Shown in pieces: positions 33,866 through 40,000 of a stretch of DNA of 40,000 bases. The translations under genes and the position numbers were made by a program. The DNA is from Terasakiella sp. (lineage in GTDB: Bacteria; Pseudomonadota; Alphaproteobacteria; Rhodospirillales; Terasakiellaceae). The stretch is from contig NZ_CP182348.1 of assembly GCF_048571175.1 (NCBI RefSeq), positions 649,517 through 689,516 on the forward strand, in the 5' to 3' direction. The notes under the pieces are model-generated. The model saw nothing but the letters and a program-made list of their open reading frames with translations. It made no database searches and was not told where the DNA came from. Position 1 is the stretch's first letter. The number at the start of each line of letters is the position of its first letter.

Positions 33866-36101
33866 GAAGGAAATTAAGACGAAACCACCATATCCAACGC
33901 TAGGTGAAATTATTCAATTGCTAGCAACGGCATTTGGCACCAAGTCGGCTAATGCAGAAATAAGGAAAAAACTCGATCGATTGGCCAGGGAAGGCGATTT
34001 TGATTGGAGCCTCCCATCACAAATCGTCGATGAATTGTTATTGAAACCGCTTGGCGAATTTGACACGGATTATTCTGAATTTGTCGGTGATTTTGTAAAT
34101 TTCATATTGAAAGAGCACGTAAACCTTATATCGCGAGTTTCACTTGATGCCATGTCGCGACGAGATGCGACGCCTTTGCTTTTTGAAACAATAGGCGTGC
34201 GACATGTCGCGGAATTTTTAATCGCGTTAAAAGAGCAATTCGGTGGGCCTGATCTTGGTGATTTTCTCGGTCAAGAAGTGAGTCCACTCAACGTTGTATT
34301 TCAATGGTGTGAAGTGGCGCTGGAGCTTGATGTGGCAAACCTGCTGTTTTCCGGCAATAAACAAAAACGAGACGATATTGCCCGTTGGCGTCGAGGAGAG
34401 ACAGTCCCAGATTTTTTCGCTTCTATAAGGCCTATCCAGCGTTCGCTTATGGAATGTTGTCCAGGTCGGCAATCGGAAATATCTCTTTTCGGAAAATGGT
34501 TGATTACTGCACGAACTCTGTCATGGCTTATGAGAGAGGTAGAAAAGGTAGGGTTGGGTTCCCTAATTGGGCCAGTCCGTCAAGACATTCTGTTGAATTG
34601 CCCAGTGCGGGATATTGGGATGGAGTTGTCGTCTGCTAATAGTGATGCGGGGAATCGTTTGAGGGAAGTGGCTGAATGTTGTGGGCCGCTTATGTTGGTC
34701 GGTTTGAGCAGGACAAAGGATAAGTCCTCTGAGGCGCAGTCAAATTCCCGTGGAGAAATAGATCGCCTTAAAGGTTTGATTAATAAGCACGATGCCGATG
34801 GCCTTACGGGTTACATATTGGATTGGTGTGAAGGCCGGTGGCATATTTTAGCGGGTGATCAAGTGAAGGCGCTTGCATTCTACGACAGGGCTGCAGATTT
34901 GGCATTGTATAGGGCAGGGGATAATCAAAAGCAAATTTTGGAAGAGGCTCTTTCTCTTGCGGCGCACCTTGGTAAGAAGACCGTAATTAAGAAACTCAAG
35001 CATCGTGCTTTGGCTATGGGGTTTTTCTCTGAATTATTTGCGAAATTTTCAGATCGTCCCGATGTTGTTTCAGATTGGGAAATTGACCAGCTTAGTCAGG
35101 CGTTTAATGTTTTATTCCCCATCCATGCTCGTTTCCCAGAGGCTCTCAAGAGAAAACAAAGAGTAACCCCTTTTCCGTTTCGAGCTTTCTATCAACCTGA
35201 TTCCGATAAGAGGAAACCAGACTTATCAAACCCGGATCGGGTTATTGGTATTCCAATGGCTGATGGAACGAAAATGCGTCGTCCACAGTTAATATGGTTT
35301 GCCTCTGAAGACCGTGTGGATGATGTTCGTGAACTTCTCAAAGCAGGGGCCGATGTGAACATTTCTGATCACCAGGGTGGTTCAGCTTTGCTGCATGCAT
35401 TGCAGTGTGCCGAGGATGGGCGGGGGCGACAGGTTCTTGATCTGTTACTAGACCAGAGCCATGATAAAGAAACCCTCAATCGGATGACCGAGAAAAAGCG
35501 TTTGTCTCCCCTGTACGTTGCGGTGCTTTTAGGGGATCCCACTGTGGTGGAAAAATTGCTGAGAATGGGAGCGGATCCCAATTTGCAAGCAAGTTATCCA
35601 CCACAGACAGCTTTATATGTATGTATCGAACGTTTTGCGTTTTACCGACAGGGCTGGGGGGAGGAGCATTTCAGGCAGCGGATGGCTGAGCCTCAAAAGG
35701 AAGATGCGGAAATACACCGGCGATACTCGGGAGGATTAGCCGGTGCTATGGGTGATCGGATGTCGATAGAAAAATTTGGACCGGAGGGGGCAAACTTAAT
35801 GGATGCCTTGATTAAGCATTTTGTTCAAAAGGCCTCAGATGTGCCTCGGGGTGTTTTTTTGCGGATTGCGGAATTACTGTTAACTTTTGGCGCGGACCCA
35901 AATCGAAAGCACTCATCTCCTGGTCCTGGGAGGACGCCTCTCATGTTGGCGGCTGAAAATGATGCGCTGGATGCTTTTCGCTTAATGACCGCTCATGCAG
36001 GTGATCCAAGCTTCAAGGATGATCAAGGACATGATTGTTTTGCACTGGCCTGTGGATTTGGAAGTCAGAATGTAATGTCGTATTTGAAGTGTGGTTCGTA
36101 G
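33858..36101 (+). CDS. Large helical/TPR-like protein with C-terminal ankyrin repeats (747 aa)
   Basis: About 5-6 ANK units from roughly 35280 onward (VDDVRELLKAGADVNISDHQGGSALLHAL; LSPLYVAVLLGDPTVVEKLLRMGADPN; RTPLMLAAENDALDAFRLMTAHAGDPSFKDDQGHDCFALA). The start is taken at ATG 33858 rather than track 33792. No P-loop was seen. Confidence 0.75.
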   Translation: MNKKEIKTKPPYPTLGEIIQLLATAFGTKSANAEIRKKLDRLAREGDFDWSLPSQIVDELLLKPLGEFDTDYSEFVGDFVNFILKEHVNLISRVSLDAMSRRDATPLLFETIGVRHVAEFLIALKEQFGGPDLGDFLGQEVSPLNVVFQWCEVALELDVANLLFSGNKQKRDDIARWRRGETVPDFFASIRPIQRSLMECCPGRQSEISLFGKWLITARTLSWLMREVEKVGLGSLIGPVRQDILLNCPVRDIGMELSSANSDAGNRLREVAECCGPLMLVGLSRTKDKSSEAQSNSRGEIDRLKGLINKHDADGLTGYILDWCEGRWHILAGDQVKALAFYDRAADLALYRAGDNQKQILEEALSLAAHLGKKTVIKKLKHRALAMGFFSELFAKFSDRPDVVSDWEIDQLSQAFNVLFPIHARFPEALKRKQRVTPFPFRAFYQPDSDKRKPDLSNPDRVIGIPMADGTKMRRPQLIWFASEDRVDDVRELLKAGADVNISDHQGGSALLHALQCAEDGRGRQVLDLLLDQSHDKETLNRMTEKKRLSPLYVAVLLGDPTVVEKLLRMGADPNLQASYPPQTALYVCIERFAFYRQGWGEEHFRQRMAEPQKEDAEIHRRYSGGLAGAMGDRMSIEKFGPEGANLMDALIKHFVQKASDVPRGVFLRIAELLLTFGADPNRKHSSPGPGRTPLMLAAENDALDAFRLMTAHAGDPSFKDDQGHDCFALACGFGSQNVMSYLKCGS

Positions 36102-36136
36102 CTAAGGATTATCAAATTTATTCTGGCGGAATAAAT

Positions 36137-36218
36137 TTAATCAATGGAATCACTATGGAATCATGTGGGCACGAAATGTTGAGTATTGCTGCGAAATCGT
36201 GAGGAATTGCCAAATCCC
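36137..36218 (+). repeat. Attachment-site-like block B arm region (TGGAATCA x2 plus second conserved block)
   Basis: TGGAATCA at 36145 and 36156, 11 bp apart. Homologous to block A, as listed there. Confidence 0.55.
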
Positions 36219-36292
36219 ATAAGGTTCTGATATGTTGTGTTATATCGAAGATGTGCGAAAAGTAGAGCGCATCAGAGCATACTATATGTTGT

Positions 36293-36339
36293 GGCTCATA
36301 ACCTGAAGGTCGTCAGTTCAAATCTGGCCCCCGCAACCA
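36293..36339 (+). other. 3-prime half of an initiator-like tRNA-Met(CAT), from anticodon loop to CCA; probable attR core
   Basis: ggCTCATAAcctgaaggtcgtcagTTCAAATctggcccccgcaACCA matches the E. coli tRNA-fMet 3-prime half nearly base for base, with compensatory T-stem changes. No complementary 5-prime acceptor strand (tgcgggg) lies upstream. Confidence 0.7.
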
Positions 36340-36348
36340 AAAACTAAA

Positions 36349-36382
36349 GGTCTCGCCCAACGGGCGGGGCCTTTTGTTTTTT
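36349..36382 (+). terminator. Strong rho-independent terminator (original tRNA terminator)
   Basis: ggtctcgccc-aac-gggcggggcc forms a 10-bp stem, followed by ttttgtttttt. Confidence 0.75.
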
Positions 36383-36410
36383 GATACGTGGGTGGCATAT
36401 GAGGAATGTA

Positions 36411-36438
36411 AGTAAACAGGGCTGAAACGCCCTGTTTA
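36411..36438. repeat. Perfect 11-bp palindrome GTAAACAGGGC-tgaaac-GCCCTGTTTAC
   Basis: Read directly. No T-tract follows. Function unknown. Confidence 0.5.
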
Positions 36439-36534
36439 CACCAGTTCGCCCGGATAATTCACAAACTGATTTACCATCTGCATTTCTCTTTCAAAATCAC
36501 AAAAAATCATCTGCAAACGGGTGCAACCGATCCG

Positions 36535-38209
36535 GGCTGAGCGGTTTGCGTGAAGTAAATGTGGATATACACGCGCAAAAACAAGCTAAAATGGTTTGTG
36601 TTTGATTTTAAGTCAGCATAAAGCGTTCCGCTTTGACAGAACGCGCGGAGTTTTCCATTTTCGTGTTGCCTTGTTTTATCCGGGTGTCAGCCGTTTCCAG
36701 GCGGTGAAGAAGATGTTTTGGTAAGGATAGGCATCCGGGAAGCTCAATTTAATCCGGCGCACCGAGCGGATCACTTTGGCTCCAACCTTGAGCAATTTAA
36801 GCCGAATGGTGTTGGGCGCAGCCTTGGCCTGTTCAGTTTCCTTCAATGCTTTCAATCGAATGTGCGTCATCAGCGCATAGGCAAAGCCCTCCAGCAACAG
36901 GCGCAGGTAATTTGATCTGAACTTATGGGCGCTTGCACGCGAACCGAACAGGTCGAGTTGGCAATCTTTGATGCGGTTTTCCATATCGCCTCTGGGGCAG
37001 TAGATTTTTTCATAGAGCACACGCCCGACAATATCTTTGCCCGGTGTCTGTTTGTTGGCGATCATCTCTTTGCGCATCTGTTTAACCGCACGGATCACAC
37101 GCGGGCTGTGCTCATCCAGAGAGGTCATGAGAAAGCGCACATGCTGTTCGCGTCCCTCCTGATCTTCGATCTTGGCAATGACATTGTAGGGGCGGCCCCA
37201 GGAACCGCTCTTGGGAATATGGGCAAACAAGCCAAAGTTCTTGAGGAAGGTACGTCCTTCTTTGACCCGCTGTTTTGATGTTTGCGATCTGGCCTCTGTG
37301 GCTTTGCGCAACAGATAGGAATTACGCGCCAGCCCAAAGATAAAATCCACAGCATTCGCCTTGCACCAGCGGATCAGAGGTTTGCGCACAAAACCGCTAT
37401 CGCCACGCACCAGAATATCAACCTTTGGCCAGCGTTTTCGAATTTGCTTCACAATGCTGCTGATGGCCCGGCGTGCGCCTTTTGCCCCATCGCAATCCCC
37501 TTCGCGCAATTGTGCCCATAAGAGGTGTGGCCCGGCAAAAATATAGAGAGGCAGAAAACCACGTTGCTCATAATATCCGTTCCAGGCGGACATCTCCTGT
37601 CGCCCATGAACCTGAATATCAGTCGCATCAATATCAAGAATGATGTCATGGGGCGGCTGTTTGTGATGATCCAGAAACAGATCGCACAGTAGTTCCTGCA
37701 TTTTGTAAAAACGCGGGGATAGCTTGTGATAGCGTTTGTTGCCTGTTGTTGTGCAACATTCCACCCGTCCCAAAGTGACGGATGAGGCCAGCTTGTCTCT
37801 TTCCTCATCAGCCATCAACCGCAAGGCAGGATCATGACACAAGGCATCATGGTCATTTAAATCCTCATAGCCAAGCACCAGACCTGTTACCCGCTGAGCC
37901 AGTAAATCAGACAATCCGTGACGAACATAACGCTCATCACGCTTATCCCAAAAACAATCTGCCAACCGAGAAAACAGGTTCATCCGCTTTGCTGCTTCAC
38001 GTAACAAAACCACCCCGCCGTCCGACGTAATCTCCCCACCATCGAATGCCGCAACAACCTGCTTTTTGCCTTGACTGGAAAACAACATCGAAAAAACACC
38101 CTGTATTTTCTACATACAGTCTATTTTAACATAACTTACTGTTATAAATGAATTTATTAGGAGAAAGAAGAGAACTTGTGACGGATCCGGGATCTGGGAT
38201 CACTCAGCC
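36535..38209 (-). mobile_element. IS1380-family insertion sequence (ends approximate)
   Basis: Candidate terminal inverted repeats GGCTGAGCGGT (36535-) and the reverse complement of atcactcagcc (-38209) match at 9/11. The implied length of 1675 bp fits IS1380-family sizes. No target-site duplication was found. Confidence 0.35.
36676..38088 (-). CDS. IS1380-family DDE transposase
   Basis: 470 aa. N-terminus FDGGEITSDGGVVLLREAAKRMNLFSRLADCF...LAQRVTGLVLGYEDLNDHDALCHDP is typical of IS1380-family transposases. Confidence 0.85.
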   Translation of the reverse strand: MLFSSQGKKQVVAAFDGGEITSDGGVVLLREAAKRMNLFSRLADCFWDKRDERYVRHGLSDLLAQRVTGLVLGYEDLNDHDALCHDPALRLMADEERDKLASSVTLGRVECCTTTGNKRYHKLSPRFYKMQELLCDLFLDHHKQPPHDIILDIDATDIQVHGRQEMSAWNGYYEQRGFLPLYIFAGPHLLWAQLREGDCDGAKGARRAISSIVKQIRKRWPKVDILVRGDSGFVRKPLIRWCKANAVDFIFGLARNSYLLRKATEARSQTSKQRVKEGRTFLKNFGLFAHIPKSGSWGRPYNVIAKIEDQEGREQHVRFLMTSLDEHSPRVIRAVKQMRKEMIANKQTPGKDIVGRVLYEKIYCPRGDMENRIKDCQLDLFGSRASAHKFRSNYLRLLLEGFAYALMTHIRLKALKETEQAKAAPNTIRLKLLKVGAKVIRSVRRIKLSFPDAYPYQNIFFTAWKRLTPG

Positions 38210-38351
38210 AAAATTGATCATTCATAGACAGGTCCTCCTGTCTGTAATGAATCACAACAACGATTAAGATGCTAGAAAATTAATAGGTCCTGAGCCTAGC
38301 CCGTATGTTTTTACTCAGTCTGGACCCAAAGCCGAAAGAAACCTTCAGTTT

Positions 38352-38570
38352 CTATTTAGCCTTCTTTTCCTTCTCAGCATTCAGTCTCAATGCTTTCAAA
38401 GCTTTGGTTTTATCAAGCGTTATTTTCTTTTGTGTTTCTTTGGATTTGATGAGGGTATTGTCCTTAACCTTTGGCGGCCGGCTGTCTTGAAATTTGCCCT
38501 GATCGCCGCGTTCAATGGCCGCGATCATTTTATCGTCTGCGGTGTTTGGTCGGGTTGATCCTGATCCCAT
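38352..38570 (-). CDS. Small Lys-rich hypothetical protein (72 aa)
   Basis: Consensus AGGAGG lies 7 nt upstream of the ATG. No family recognised. Confidence 0.45.
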   Translation of the reverse strand: MGSGSTRPNTADDKMIAAIERGDQGKFQDSRPPKVKDNTLIKSKETQKKITLDKTKALKALRLNAEKEKKAK

Positions 38571-38727
38571 AATTATTCCTCCTCTTAAAAAAATAATTCA
38601 TCATCTTTATCTGACAGAGAAATGTCGATCTCGCCAACATCTGCCCGTTTTAAATAAGGTGCTAAAAGTTTCATGTCATTGCTAGAAATATAGACGGAAG
38701 CCGCTCTGGTTCCATGATGTCATTAAA

Positions 38728-39963
38728 CTACGCGGCGCTTTTTTTAGGCTTACCTCGATACCGTTTTGACTTCACTCGGCGGTTCGGAGACTGTCGAGAA
38801 CCCCGCTTAGTCGGTTTGGGTTCGTCCTGAGACGGTTGACCACCTAAAACGTCAAGTTGCTGCTGCATCAGTTTTTCAATATCACGAAGGTAAGCTTGTT
38901 CACTTGGATCACACATAGAAATTGCAGCACCAGATGCCCCAGCCCTTGCTGTTCGCCCGATACGATGGACGTAATCTTCAGCGATATTCGGAAGCTCGAA
39001 GTTGATGACGTGGCTGACATTGTCGATGTCAATGCCTCGTGCTGCTATGTCTGTCGCCACCAAAACACGGACTTCACCGTTACTGAAGTTTTTAAGTGCT
39101 TTTTGCCGTGCGCCTTGCGATTTGTTGCCATGAATAGCTGCTGACGTGATACCCGCTTTATCAAGCTGTTGTGCCACCCGGTTGGCGCGGTGTTTCGTCC
39201 GCGTAAAGACGATGGTTTTATTTATGGACTTATCGTCCAAGATATTAGTCAGCAATACATTTTTATCAGCAGCAGGCACGTAGTAGACACTTTGGGCAAT
39301 GCGTTCAACCGGTGTTGATTGCGGTGTCACCTCTATACGTACGGGGTCGTGCAGTATGCTGCTGGCAAGTCCAGAAACTGTTTTGGGCATGGTTGCGGAA
39401 AAGAACAGGGTTTGGCGTTCTTTTGGCAGTGCGGCAATGATTTTTTTAACATCATGGATGAAGCCCATATCCAACATACGATCAGCTTCGTCCAATACAA
39501 AGTGCCAAATGTGATTGAGTGAAATATGCCCTTGGTTCATAAGGTCTAAAAGACGCCCAGGCGTCGCAACCACAATATCAACACCGCGCTGAAGGGCGCT
39601 AACCTGTCGTTTTTGGCTCACACCTCCAAAAATAACGGTGTGTCGAACAGGGAGATGTCGCCCTAAGCTTTCAATAGATTCACCAATTTGAATTGCCAGC
39701 TCTCGGGTAGGAGCAAGAATGATACTCAAGGGAAATTTGGGTGCAGGTGGTTCCCAATCTTCGGCAAGTTCATGCAAAATGGGAAGACTGAAGGCGGCCG
39801 TCTTACCGGTACCGGTCTGTGCAATCCCCAACAAATCGCATTTTTCTAATAGAGACGGTATTGATTGTTCTTGAATGGGCGTTGGAGTTTCAAATTGTTG
39901 TTCTCGCAGTGCGCGCAACAATGGCTCAGACAGGCCAAGTGCCTCAAAATTTTTCGATTGCAT
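38728..39963 (-). CDS. rhlE: DEAD-box ATP-dependent RNA helicase, RhlE-like
   Basis: Motifs Q-motif [36 protein letters not shown] and [10 protein letters not shown], plus a basic C-terminal tail. ATG at 39963 is preferred over the track GTG at 39990. Confidence 0.9.
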   Translation of the reverse strand: MQSKNFEALGLSEPLLRALREQQFETPTPIQEQSIPSLLEKCDLLGIAQTGTGKTAAFSLPILHELAEDWEPPAPKFPLSIILAPTRELAIQIGESIESLGRHLPVRHTVIFGGVSQKRQVSALQRGVDIVVATPGRLLDLMNQGHISLNHIWHFVLDEADRMLDMGFIHDVKKIIAALPKERQTLFFSATMPKTVSGLASSILHDPVRIEVTPQSTPVERIAQSVYYVPAADKNVLLTNILDDKSINKTIVFTRTKHRANRVAQQLDKAGITSAAIHGNKSQGARQKALKNFSNGEVRVLVATDIAARGIDIDNVSHVINFELPNIAEDYVHRIGRTARAGASGAAISMCDPSEQAYLRDIEKLMQQQLDVLGGQPSQDEPKPTKRGSRQSPNRRVKSKRYRGKPKKSAA

Positions 39964-40000
39964 AAAGTTTCTTTCGGCCGCGCATTTCACCCTGTTTTCG

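Noticed and set aside
36254-36339. A complete tRNA-Met gene. The upstream tgcgaaaagtagagcgc looks vaguely like an acceptor strand plus D-arm.
   Set aside because: The 5-prime acceptor strand needed to pair with ccccgca (tgcgggg) is absent. Only 3 of 5 anticodon-stem pairs form, and the span is about 86 nt, roughly 10 nt too long. Only the 3-prime half (36293-36339) is tRNA-derived.
36529-38191. The 8-bp direct repeat GATCCGGG as the IS target-site duplication.
   Set aside because: The left copy overlaps the candidate left inverted repeat, and the right copy lies inside the candidate right end rather than flanking it. IS1380-family duplications are also typically 4-5 bp.
1-40000. CRISPR arrays, rRNA genes, retron or group II intron-like elements.
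   Set aside because: No regularly spaced direct repeats, rRNA-like sequence or reverse transcriptase ORF was seen on either strand.

Overview
This window is a mosaic accessory region. It is probably alphaproteobacterial, inferred only from gene-family flavour (GTA-type 3-TM holin, M15 endolysin, IS1380). Six parts are visible.

- **1-14900 (+):** the late half of a siphovirus-like prophage. It runs from the capsid gene end through head-tail connectors, tail tube, a chaperone with a candidate -1 frameshift, an 843-aa tape measure, an inserted fibre/receptor-binding module, L/K/I-J-like tip genes and a lysis cassette.
- **14904-27364 (-):** starts 3 bp after the holin stop, with an abrupt drop in GC. 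It is a 12.5-kb co-directional, mostly codon-overlapping defence cluster: WYL (BrxR-like) regulator, hsdM, hsdS, FRG-domain gene, hsdR, a long-N-terminus mcrB, mcrC and mrr.
- **27712-31057 (-):** a translationally coupled large serine recombinase plus two paralogous ParB/RepB-C-like genes.
- **31353-32896:** an XRE regulator and a DUF4102-type tyrosine integrase.
- **32946-36339:** two homologous attachment-site-like blocks (TGGAATCA arm repeats plus a tRNA-Met(CAT) 3-prime half; the left copy is decayed, the right copy good and followed by a strong terminator). They bracket a 3.2-kb integrase-less islet carrying a small Ala/Lys-rich protein and an overlapping HicA-like / 747-aa TPR-ankyrin gene pair.
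- **36535-40000:** an IS1380-family element, a small basic protein and an RhlE-like DEAD-box helicase, taken as chromosomal backbone.

The best candidates for undescribed biology are:
- the FRG gene in the PrrC slot of the type I operon;
- the McrB N-terminus, which resembles the HsdR C-terminal tail;
- the serine recombinase / ParB / ParB trio;
- the HicA-like / ankyrin pair on the tRNA-flanked islet.

All family calls come from reading motifs by eye. No database search was run.
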